IMG/VR virus record: IMGVR_UViG_3300032093_000049
Location: 1-64,000 of that record
Origin: a virus
DNA length: 64,000 bases
Direction: 5' to 3' (one strand)
Part shown: piece after piece, positions 56,923 through 64,000 of the stretch
Layout: each line of letters opens with the position of its first letter
Numbering within the stretch: the first letter of the stretch is position 1
Notes under the pieces: generated by a model
What the model saw: the letters and a program-made list of their open reading frames with translations, nothing else
Told to the model about the DNA's origin: nothing
Database searches by the model: none
Position numbers and translations under genes: made by a program

Positions 56923-57219
56923 TTAATTTAGATTATCAAGTTTCTCTTCTTCCTCCTCTGTCATTAGAGCTTTCCACTTACCTAGAGGACATTCAGTAGA
57001 TAGAGCTCTTGTCTTAAATCCAAGTGAGCAACCGCATTCATTGCAACATGGAGCAGTACCTTTTACTACACACTTATTACCTTTACTGGGACATGCATCA
57101 CAAACTTCTAGTCTTACTCTGGATACTGCTTCTACATACTCATCTCTGAGTAAAGCATTAGTTATTCCCTCCAGAATCTGTTTTCGGTTCTTCCAAATGT
57201 CCTTCAGTTTGTTTGCCAT
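56923..57219 (-). CDS. Cys-rich zinc-binding protein (DUF6171-like)
   Basis: RLEVCDACP...CNECGCSL..KT....ECPLGKW. Confidence 0.7.
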   Translation of the reverse strand: MANKLKDIWKNRKQILEGITNALLRDEYVEAVSRVRLEVCDACPSKGNKCVVKGTAPCCNECGCSLGFKTRALSTECPLGKWKALMTEEEEEKLDNLN

Positions 57220-57574
57220 ATCTTAAGTCTTTAAATTTTTTCTTAACCTCCATAAACTCTTTTATTTTTTCATTGATTGCGTAGAGTTTATCTAAACGTG
57301 CTTCAATAAGTTTTCTATTATGATAATTTGAAAATGTTGCATCTCCCATTCCAGATCTCATGGACTCATATTTCTTTATAGTCTTTGCTACACCTGTGTT
57401 GCGTATTAAAAAATGCCCAAGTCCAGGATTACTAAATTTGAGATCTTCAAGATTTGATAACTTCTTTCTTAGCGTCTTATAGTAGAATGTAATCACGTCA
57501 TCTACCATACTTTGAGGAACATCAAGTTCTTCTGCTACTTGCTTAATTATTTCCTTGGGTTTCTTGGGTATCAT
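57158..57574 (-). CDS. HU/IHF-like DNA-binding protein
   Basis: EIIKQVAEELDVPQSMVDDVI...FSNPGLGHF, matching the HU/IHF N-terminal signature. Confidence 0.65.
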   Translation of the reverse strand: MIPKKPKEIIKQVAEELDVPQSMVDDVITFYYKTLRKKLSNLEDLKFSNPGLGHFLIRNTGVAKTIKKYESMRSGMGDATFSNYHNRKLIEARLDKLYAINEKIKEFMEVKKKFKDLRYGKQTEGHLEEPKTDSGGNN

Positions 57575-57932
57575 ATCCTAAGAATTTAAAATCAAGAAGT
57601 AAAGTTCCCTCAGTTTGTATTTTTAAATCTGGGTTGAGACTAATAAGTTTTTTATTCTTCTTGTCTTTAAGAACTAACTTATTTTTCTCAGCTTTATTAA
57701 TACAGTTTCTTACTGTTTGTGGAGATTTAAAAATCCAAGATTCTTCTGAAGATGCATCATAACAAAAATCATTCAACCCAATAGGTTGATTAAAGCTAAG
57801 TAATGTTAGACAGTTTAAGTCAGATTCACTCACTGCTATACGATTAATATAACAGTGAGTTAGTATCTGAAACTTTACAGCATCCCATTTACTCATTTTT
57901 ACACGTTTCTCTACTTGAGTAACAAGTGCCAT
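57543..57932 (-). CDS. Winged-helix DNA-binding protein (RepL-like)
   Basis: SPQTVRNCINKAEKNKLV recognition helix followed by a wing ending in LNP. Confidence 0.5.
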   Translation of the reverse strand: MALVTQVEKRVKMSKWDAVKFQILTHCYINRIAVSESDLNCLTLLSFNQPIGLNDFCYDASSEESWIFKSPQTVRNCINKAEKNKLVLKDKKNKKLISLNPDLKIQTEGTLLLDFKFLGYDTQETQGNN

Positions 57933-57934
57933 GA

Positions 57935-58246
57935 TTATGATTTCTTAAGTTTTCTTTTACTTGAATCTTCAGTTTGTTGCATTACAGTTCTAAACTCTTC
58001 ACCAGTATTTTGATCTGGTTCATCATTTTCCTCTTCTTCAGGACCTGGTCCCTGCATCATCATTGCAAACTGCATTTGAATACTTGTTCTTTTGAATCTT
58101 ACTTCATCTAGTTTCATAAGCATTTCTTCATACTTAAACTGTGCTTCTAGATAAGGTAGTGAGTCTGTGTAGAACTTAAGCATTTCCTCTTTTCTAGTTG
58201 CTAGTTCTTCTGGACTAAGATCCATTTCTTGTTGTTGGTTTTGCAT
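57935..58246 (-). CDS. Hypothetical acidic coiled-coil protein (start revised from 58345)
   Basis: The upstream extension crosses a terminator and a promoter-like motif, so the ATG at 58246 (MQNQQQEMDL) is preferred. Confidence 0.65.
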   Translation of the reverse strand: MQNQQQEMDLSPEELATRKEEMLKFYTDSLPYLEAQFKYEEMLMKLDEVRFKRTSIQMQFAMMMQGPGPEEEENDEPDQNTGEEFRTVMQQTEDSSKRKLKKS

Positions 58247-58271
58247 ACTACTGTATTTTAAGTTTATAACA

Positions 58272-58282
58272 AATATACAAAT
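58272..58282 (-). promoter_or_regulatory. Candidate promoter motif ATTTGTATATT
   Basis: Just downstream of the 58311-58339 terminator; extends to TATATTTG, matching the Bacteroidota -7 box TAnnTTTG. Confidence 0.5.
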
Positions 58283-58310
58283 AAAGTTTAAACTTGAAAT
58301 ATTTAGAAAC

Positions 58311-58339
58311 AAAAAACCCAGGTACAGTATACCTGGGTT
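58311..58339 (-). terminator. Intrinsic terminator ending the lysis operon
   Basis: Minus strand AACCCAGGTA-TACTG-TACCTGGGTT followed by TTTT. Confidence 0.8.
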
Positions 58340-58357
58340 GATCAAGCTGTTTTTAAA

Positions 58358-58543
58358 TTATAGACATCCTTTGTAAGTACACTTACCAGGATTAGCTATC
58401 CTTCTTTTTTTAGGTAACTTTTTTCTTTTTGGTCTTCCTGGCCATTCCATCATAGATGTATCTGCCTGAGATGACTGCATAAAATCTTCAGTATTTACCA
58501 TAGCTCCTTGAGCATACTTTTGCAAACCTTTAAAATTCTTCAT
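58358..58543 (-). CDS. Small basic protein
   Basis: 61 aa; LQKYAQG motif; RPKRKKLPKKRR. Confidence 0.55.
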   Translation of the reverse strand: MKNFKGLQKYAQGAMVNTEDFMQSSQADTSMMEWPGRPKRKKLPKKRRIANPGKCTYKGCL

Positions 58544-58545
58544 GA

Positions 58546-58704
58546 TTATCTGTTTTTAATGCTAAAGTTTAATAGAGTCAACATATAGAACTCTCTAGAT
58601 ACATCTATATCAATAGATACAAAATCAATCCTTCCAATTCTAATTCTTATTTGGAACTTATCCCACTGCTTATTCTTTACTTTCCAGTTATTTCTAAGTT
58701 TCAT
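58546..58704 (-). CDS. Small hypothetical protein, 52 aa
   Basis: Below the ORF-track cutoff. MKLRNNWKVKNKQWDKFQIRIRIGRIDFVSIDIDVSREFYMLTLLNFSIKNR; fills the gap with 2-nt spacers on both sides. Confidence 0.7.
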   Translation of the reverse strand: MKLRNNWKVKNKQWDKFQIRIRIGRIDFVSIDIDVSREFYMLTLLNFSIKNR

Positions 58705-58706
58705 AA

Positions 58707-59222
58707 TCAAGCTTCATTAGTTGTTATTGTTCCTTTTGCTTCAAGGAATACCTTTCTCACATTTGCCGGTTGAGCTACTTTCCATTTTGTTCTACGTGCT
58801 TTAAACAATCTAGATTTAGCTATCCGTGCAACATTAACTGAATTGTTCTGGTTTCCACCTAGAACATGATAGTATTTAGGATCTTCTCCTACATATATAC
58901 CTACATGACCTCCACCATCTCTTTTGAATGTAAGGATATCACCAAGCATAGGTTCATCTACTGCAGTTCCATATTCTGCCCAAGACAAAGCACGGAGAGG
59001 AGCTTTAACAACCTCAAGACCTGATGCCTTTGCACAATAAGCAATATAAAGACCACACCAAGGTATCTCATCATTAGTGTACCAAGATACACCAACAACA
59101 TCTGCCCAACGCATAATCTCAGGATTGTGTTCTTTTCCTACAATCTCTTTTACTCCAATATGCTTTACAGCTTCTACTAAAATCTTTGGAGCCTTCTCTG
59201 CTTTTAACCATTCATAACCCAT
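58707..59222 (-). CDS. TIGR02594-family (NlpC/P60/CHAP-like) peptidase, putative endolysin
   Basis: DEIPWCG (catalytic Cys), GGGHVG (His) and LGGNQNNSV. Confidence 0.8.
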   Translation of the reverse strand: MGYEWLKAEKAPKILVEAVKHIGVKEIVGKEHNPEIMRWADVVGVSWYTNDEIPWCGLYIAYCAKASGLEVVKAPLRALSWAEYGTAVDEPMLGDILTFKRDGGGHVGIYVGEDPKYYHVLGGNQNNSVNVARIAKSRLFKARRTKWKVAQPANVRKVFLEAKGTITTNEA

Positions 59223-59745
59223 AATGCTTCAATATGCTTCTTAGTAATATTAGTATTGCAAATATAAACCCGGCTAGTACTACCCAAGCCCAAGGTTGTC
59301 TATTTTCTACACGTGTAATAACTCTATCAGTTCTATTGTCTTGTCTGTTAGTCTTGATAAGAGCCCTGAGTTGTTTAGCTAGTGAATCATTCTGTAGCTT
59401 CATCATCTTCTCTAGATGCTTGTAGTAAGATTCTAATGCTATTCTTTCTTGACGTGACATTCCAGGAGCTATAGTATTATTTATAGTTTGGAAGCTGCTA
59501 TCTTTCTTGAGTATCTCCCTGTAAGTATTGGTTACTGTATCATACACAACTTCTTTTGTGTAATGATACTGCCATACTGTGTCAGGTTTAATTACTGCTC
59601 CCTTGCGTATTGCAATGTCAGTATGTTTTCTTGCTTTAGCTAAGTGATGCTCTACTGAGCAGGAATTAAGAAGAGCAATTAAGATAGTTACTCCCAGTGC
59701 CCAGGTTATTAATAGCAATATAAATTGTGGCCAGTTAAACTTCAT
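59212..59745 (-). CDS. Lipoprotein with C-terminal transmembrane helix, putative unimolecular spanin
   Basis: Signal peptide with lipobox LNS|C29; C-terminal WAWVVLAGFIFAILILL; lies between holin and endolysin. Confidence 0.6.
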   Translation of the reverse strand: MKFNWPQFILLLITWALGVTILIALLNSCSVEHHLAKARKHTDIAIRKGAVIKPDTVWQYHYTKEVVYDTVTNTYREILKKDSSFQTINNTIAPGMSRQERIALESYYKHLEKMMKLQNDSLAKQLRALIKTNRQDNRTDRVITRVENRQPWAWVVLAGFIFAILILLRSILKHYGL

Positions 59746-60179
59746 GGTTGCATGTCATCCTTTACTTTCTTGATATTCCTTAGATTGTTATAAAGTTTAG
59801 CAATGAAAGAATAACCTTTTACTTTCTCAAAAGACTCATCCATTGACTTAACTTCAATAACAATCAGGCCTAAAGATACAAGTTTTGTTGATACAAAGTC
59901 AATATCTATAAAAAGCTTAGTAAGTTCATTTACTATATAGAAGTCAGCTACAAATAAAAGAAGTACAATTCCTACATATGATCTTATCTTTGGTATCAAA
60001 CCTTTACGGCACTTTTTGGAATCACAGTGTTCCCCTAGTGACTTAGCTTTCCATATACCAAAACAAGTATCTACAAGAGTAGCCAAACCTACTAAAAAAA
60101 CCATAACATAGATGGGTGCAAAGAATACTATTATTGGTAAGATTAGTGAGCTGTATACTTTAATAAGAGTTGCTTTCAT
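59742..60179 (-). CDS. Holin
   Basis: Three hydrophobic segments; DTCFGIWKA...S.K.RKG and EVKSMDE motifs of Bacteroidota-phage holins; first gene of the lysis cassette. Confidence 0.7.
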   Translation of the reverse strand: MKATLIKVYSSLILPIIVFFAPIYVMVFLVGLATLVDTCFGIWKAKSLGEHCDSKKCRKGLIPKIRSYVGIVLLLFVADFYIVNELTKLFIDIDFVSTKLVSLGLIVIEVKSMDESFEKVKGYSFIAKLYNNLRNIKKVKDDMQP

Positions 60180-60213
60180 TTCTATTAATTATAAAAAATA
60201 AGTATATATACTT

Positions 60214-60224
60214 AATATACAAAA
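60214..60224 (-). promoter_or_regulatory. Candidate late promoter motif TTTTGTATATT upstream of the lysis cassette
   Basis: Same motif in the fibre-holin intergenic gap. Confidence 0.5.
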
Positions 60225-60233
60225 AAAAGCTGA

Positions 60234-62015
60234 TTAATCTATTCTTTTATATCTTAAAATTGAACCCTTCCAAGTTCTTGACGTTCGTCCTGCTGCTGCT
60301 GCTGCATTAGAGAAACGGTAGTTGAGAGTAGCATTTGCTGATGCTGTGAAATTAAACCAAATCTGTAAAAATTGCAATTGGTCTAAATCAGCTAAATTAA
60401 CACCCACAAATGGAGTATTTGTGACCGCTGAGCTATTAGCTGTAAAAGAACCGTTAGTAATAGTACCTGCCGAAGAATAAGCATAAATAGTACCTTGCCC
60501 TTTCATATTTCCTGAAGTAACTCGTAATTCAAAGGCATAGTCTCCTGTAGTGTTATTCCCTGAGTAACATACATCCATTTGTAACATATAATGACCACCT
60601 GCCACAACGGAAAATTGCAAGTCTGTATCTATTTGTGGAGTTGCATTATTTGTCACATCTTGGTTTGCACTCTTTACTATTGTAGTCCATCCTGCAGGAT
60701 CTGGTGCTGTTACTGTAAATGTTCTATTAGCAGATAGATCTTGTGTGGTACCATTAATAGTTAAGGTTCTGGTAAGAGGTACATATGTAGAAGCTGCTGT
60801 AGCAGAAGTAAGATATGGTGATAAAGCTGCAGATGTAATATACCCAGCTGGGTTAGTAGAGTTATATGGAGTAAATCCAAGTGCAGTAGTTACATCTAGA
60901 GATGTGATGCCTGTGATATATCCTGCAGGGTTTGTTGCATTATAAGGTGTATATCCTAGAGCTGTGGTAACATCTAGAGAAGTTATTCCTGATATATATC
61001 CTGATGGGTTTGTAAGAGGGTAATAGGTTGCCGCAGCTGTTGCTGAAGTTAGATATGATCCTAAACTTGCTACTGTAGCTATGACAGATGTATCTACTGA
61101 AAGTACATTAGGAGTAAGCTCTTGTAATCCAAAACCAGCAGTAACAACTTGGGCTGCATTAAACTGAACATAGTTTATAGCAGTAACTCCTACAGTAATT
61201 GTACCTGTGGTATTCAAGATAAATCCAAAACCACCATAAGTTGCACCTACTTGAATAAAAGTAAAGTCTCCGTTCTGAAGTTCTCCTGCGGGTGAGTTAT
61301 CTGCATCTGTTGCTCTAGTTAGTATCCATGGTGTAGTAGGAGATCCTGCATCAGTAACACTATATATACCATTCTCAAGCCCCGCAGACTGTTGCCACAC
61401 AAGCACTCTATCATTAACTGCTAAAGTATGTGTATCAATAACTAGTGCTGCATTTACTGTAGAAGTAAGTGTAGCACCTACTCCTGACACACCATTAAGA
61501 TATGTAGCAGATAAGTTACCTGTTGTAGCTACGTGACATGGTGCATGGAAATTAATACCACCTGAAAGGTTATCTACATACTGCTTAGTAGCTGCGTGTA
61601 GGGCTGATGTTGGGTCTGCATTTAGAGTTAGGAAACCTAACATAGTATCTCCCGCTTTATTTACAGGGGTATAACCTAGTGCTGTTGTAACATCAAGTGA
61701 TGTAATACCTGATATATAACCGGCCGGGTTAGCTGCTGAATAAGGTGTGTATCCTAATGCTGTTGTTATTTGAGTACTTGTGATACCCGTTAAGTATCCT
61801 GCTGGGTTAGATGATAATGGATAATAAGATAAGTTATAAGTAGGTAAACCATTAGGCCAGTTAACTCCTGGATTAGGATAGAAACCTGTTAGATCTCCAC
61901 CTGCGGGGCCTGTAGGAGAACCACCTCCACTAGTAGTTTTAGGTTTACCATCAGGACCTATTACTTGTATAGGAAGTCTACCAAATACATTACCGTTACC
62001 ATCTACTACTTCCAT
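60234..62015 (-). CDS. Tail fibre protein with internal repeats
   Basis: GPAGGDLTGFYPNP, VNKAGDTMLG...HAATKQYVD, DRVLV.Q....ENGIY...RATDAD fibre motifs; NPAGYITGITSLDVTTALGYTPY repeats. Confidence 0.8.
   Translation of the reverse strand: MEVVDGNGNVFGRLPIQVIGPDGKPKTTSGGGSPTGPAGGDLTGFYPNPGVNWPNGLPTYNLSYYPLSSNPAGYLTGITSTQITTALGYTPYSAANPAGYISGITSLDVTTALGYTPVNKAGDTMLGFLTLNADPTSALHAATKQYVDNLSGGINFHAPCHVATTGNLSATYLNGVSGVGATLTSTVNAALVIDTHTLAVNDRVLVWQQSAGLENGIYSVTDAGSPTTPWILTRATDADNSPAGELQNGDFTFIQVGATYGGFGFILNTTGTITVGVTAINYVQFNAAQVVTAGFGLQELTPNVLSVDTSVIATVASLGSYLTSATAAATYYPLTNPSGYISGITSLDVTTALGYTPYNATNPAGYITGITSLDVTTALGFTPYNSTNPAGYITSAALSPYLTSATAASTYVPLTRTLTINGTTQDLSANRTFTVTAPDPAGWTTIVKSANQDVTNNATPQIDTDLQFSVVAGGHYMLQMDVCYSGNNTTGDYAFELRVTSGNMKGQGTIYAYSSAGTITNGSFTANSSAVTNTPFVGVNLADLDQLQFLQIWFNFTASANATLNYRFSNAAAAAGRTSRTWKGSILRYKRID
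60780..61830 (-). repeat. Dispersed ~26-aa coding repeat (NPAGYI[ST]GITSLDVTTALG[YF]TPY) in two clusters within the fibre gene
   Basis: Two copies at ~61665-61830, and two full copies plus a partial one at ~60780-61060. Confidence 0.75.
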
Positions 62016-62314
62016 TACTCAACAGTAAAATAAGCTGTATAGTTAGTTCCCGGGATTGAAGATGTGAGAATTAGTTTATCTCCCTCTTCAAGAAAATAAC
62101 CAGTTTGATCAATAACACTATCTCCTGCATTGAGTGTATAGCTAAAGATTGTAACTGTGTTGTTTAGTGATTTATCAAATCTTGATAGAGTCAATACATA
62201 GGCTGCCGGGTTTGTTGCTGTAATAGTTACAAACCTAGCTTTCTTTGTAGAAGGTACAGTATATAGAGTAGTACCTGTTACACTTACTATGCCTTGTATC
62301 GGTATATTAACCAT
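62015..62314 (-). CDS. Small beta-rich virion protein
   Basis: TTLYTVP...LEEGDKL motif common in phage fibre-associated small proteins. Confidence 0.55.
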   Translation of the reverse strand: MVNIPIQGIVSVTGTTLYTVPSTKKARFVTITATNPAAYVLTLSRFDKSLNNTVTIFSYTLNAGDSVIDQTGYFLEEGDKLILTSSIPGTNYTAYFTVE

Positions 62315-62324
62315 ATCAGAAGTA

Positions 62325-62870
62325 TTACTTTATTTTTTCAAGAATAAATGTCCAAGAACCTATTTTATTTGTACCCAGTGCAGACCCAAAACTAGCAGCT
62401 AAAGCAAATGTATAAGGAACTGTTACATCAATTATTACTGCAGAAGAATATGCACTTGTTGTATTTGGTACTACAGGAACGGCATTATCTCCACATGTAA
62501 ATAAAACTGAAGTAAGAACAGAACCCGAATTAGTTATAGTAAATTCACCTTCAATTTTAAAATAGCCATTGTTAAGAGGAGGCATTGAATACTGTAAAGT
62601 TGTAGGGCCCGTTAAAGAAACTGGGATGAAATTATCTAAACCAATTGCAAATTTTACTACTTCACCGGATACATTATCATTGTCAAGTATACCTCCCATA
62701 GAATATCTATATGTGGTGCCTTCTACTAGAGTATTAGCAGGAATTACCAAAGATCCTATTCCTGATGCTATTAAGGATATAGGACTGTTTCCAGTAATTA
62801 CTGCAGAACCTGTGGTTTGTAGATATACAACATTGGATTTTGCTTCACTAATAGTTATTTGTGTACTCAT
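62325..62870 (-). CDS. Beta-rich virion/fibre-associated protein
   Basis: GIGSLVIPANTL motif; beta-rich; lies in the fibre cluster. Confidence 0.5.
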   Translation of the reverse strand: MSTQITISEAKSNVVYLQTTGSAVITGNSPISLIASGIGSLVIPANTLVEGTTYRYSMGGILDNDNVSGEVVKFAIGLDNFIPVSLTGPTTLQYSMPPLNNGYFKIEGEFTITNSGSVLTSVLFTCGDNAVPVVPNTTSAYSSAVIIDVTVPYTFALAASFGSALGTNKIGSWTFILEKIK

Positions 62871-62881
62871 TATCTTTAGTT

Positions 62882-64000
62882 TTATCTACTTATTTCTTCC
62901 CAGTCTGCTGATGCATACATACCTAATGTACCTCCTATAGCATCTATTGCTGCTTCTACAATAAGTTCTGTTGCTACACCGGTAAAACTATTTCTTTCAA
63001 GCTGAGTTGAGAACAAAGCTTCTTTCAATATATTGATACTTGGAGAACCTTGGTTAGATGAATTTACATACCCTTGTGCAAGTATTCTTCCGCCAGCAAC
63101 TGATGTGCCTGTAAGATTGTATTCTACTGCCGAATCAGCACCAACTGGTACCCAAGCACCTCCTGTGACTGTTCCACCTTGAACTATTCTCCAAGCATAG
63201 TTTTTACCATTACCTAATCCAAGTATAGATATAGCAGTTAATATAACTATAGCATCTAGTTTGGTTGCTGTAAGTTTTACACCTACAAGGGGATAATATG
63301 TTGCAGGAGCTGCAAAAGATATAGGTGCGTTTATAGGAGTACCAATAGCTTGTTGTGCTCCTCTTAATTCATATCCACCTTCAGATATTACAGTAGAACA
63401 AACTTGTTTTAAAGTACTTGCAGTTGCTGTTCCTGTATTAGTTATCTCATACCTTAGCGGTAATGAAGCCGTGGTAATATAAGTAGATGGAATTAAGTTA
63501 GCATGATTAAATCTATGACATACTATAAAATTACCATCTATTACAAACCCTAATCTTACTGTTCCTTCCCCTAACCACTCAATATCCATAAACATGATTT
63601 GAGCCTTGGTTATGTCTAAGATTACTCCTGAAGCTCCGTTACCATCTAATGTATCTGCATTCCAAGCAGCTTGATCAACAATAGTCTCAGTTACCAAACC
63701 TGTAACTGAACTTCTTTCTACAAAACTTAAAGTGCTGTCTTTTAACTGAATGTAGATACCATTCTCTGTTCCAAAATAACCTACTTTTTGTACTAAATCG
63801 TTTTGTGCAGGAGCCATTACAAATGTATTGAATACAAGTAGTGACTTACCAGGTTGATAAGAGAATACTTTTGTAGTTTCTCTTAGTACTTCAGATCCAT
63901 TTGTACCAGTTACATTTAAGTTTACTAATCCCTCATTTGCACTAAATACAGCAGTTCCACCATTAGCAGTATCAGTATTCCATAGACCATTATCCCTGTA
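62882..64000 (-). CDS. Virion structural protein (5'-truncated by the window end)
   Basis: The frame stays open upstream of the ATG at 63817 to the window end (...VLRETTKVFSYQPGKSLLVFNTFVMAP...). YQPGKS, WLGEGTVRLG and LPLRYE are motifs I recall from an aquatic-phage structural family. Confidence 0.65.
   Translation of the reverse strand, partial: YRDNGLWNTDTANGGTAVFSANEGLVNLNVTGTNGSEVLRETTKVFSYQPGKSLLVFNTFVMAPAQNDLVQKVGYFGTENGIYIQLKDSTLSFVERSSVTGLVTETIVDQAAWNADTLDGNGASGVILDITKAQIMFMDIEWLGEGTVRLGFVIDGNFIVCHRFNHANLIPSTYITTASLPLRYEITNTGTATASTLKQVCSTVISEGGYELRGAQQAIGTPINAPISFAAPATYYPLVGVKLTATKLDAIVILTAISILGLGNGKNYAWRIVQGGTVTGGAWVPVGADSAVEYNLTGTSVAGGRILAQGYVNSSNQGSPSINILKEALFSTQLERNSFTGVATELIVEAAIDAIGGTLGMYASADWEEISR

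Larger units (their letters stand above)
1..64000 (-). other. crAss-like (Crassvirales-related) bacteriophage genome segment: structural, packaging, lysis and virion-cargo modules
   Basis: Uninterrupted minus-strand gene array. Order TerL-portal-scaffold-MCP, then ring/IHF-like/muzzle genes, then giant cargo proteins, matches crAss-like phages. No host housekeeping genes, integrase or att sites are visible. Confidence 0.88.

Noticed and set aside
58247-58345. Hydrophobic N-terminal extension of the 57935 ORF as a membrane anchor
   Set aside because: It spans a terminator and a promoter motif and begins at a non-ATG codon; the ATG at 58246 is more plausible.
62-62940. The many 60-170 aa plus-strand ORFs, and short alternate-frame minus-strand ORFs, in the ORF track
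   Set aside because: They lie antisense to or inside long, motif-bearing minus-strand genes and have Ser/Phe/Leu-rich shadow composition.
1-64000. Active stop-codon reassignment, introns or inteins as in some crAss-like phages
   Set aside because: Genes, including TerL, portal and MCP, are full-length and contiguous in the standard code, with no homing-endonuclease or intein motifs noticed.
1-64000. tRNA or ncRNA genes
   Set aside because: Intergenic gaps are at most ~125 nt and are explained by terminators, promoter-like motifs and leaders; no cloverleaf was recognised.
60234-64000. Diversity-generating retroelement targeting the fibre genes
   Set aside because: No reverse transcriptase and no TR/VR pair with adenine-specific mismatches is visible; the fibre repeats look like ordinary coding repeats.

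Overview
The whole window is the late/structural half of a crAss-like (Crassvirales-related, podovirus-type) phage genome. It is AT-rich, and the host is probably a member of Bacteroidota (A/C-rich leaders without Shine-Dalgarno sequences, crAss-type gene order). All ~46 credible genes are on the minus strand and use the standard code. In transcription order (right to left): fibre/virion proteins; a lysis cassette (holin, lipoprotein with u-spanin topology, TIGR02594-type peptidase); small DNA-binding genes (wHTH, HU/IHF-like, Cys-rich zinc finger, PD-(D/E)xK nuclease); terminase, portal, scaffold and major capsid protein; seven tiny Lys-rich genes; a ring protein; an intact ferritin; Cys-rich structural proteins; IHF-like, ring and muzzle/tail-stabilisation genes; then six giant cargo/ejection proteins, the last truncated by the window edge. 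The most striking unexplained structure is a short 'K/A-x-x-G(G)' motif plus two helper modules (LTxEEIxxYxxxGYxV and CPxG[WY]x[WY]xxxxKxCV). These punctuate three cargo proteins, and the G(G) motif also marks most of the tiny basic proteins. The cargo proteins carry effector-like domains (ADP-ribosyltransferase-like, zincin, Pol-beta nucleotidyltransferase-like). This suggests a cassette-built, tag-addressed system for loading or processing virion cargo. All family assignments come from motif recognition and gene order; no database searches were run.
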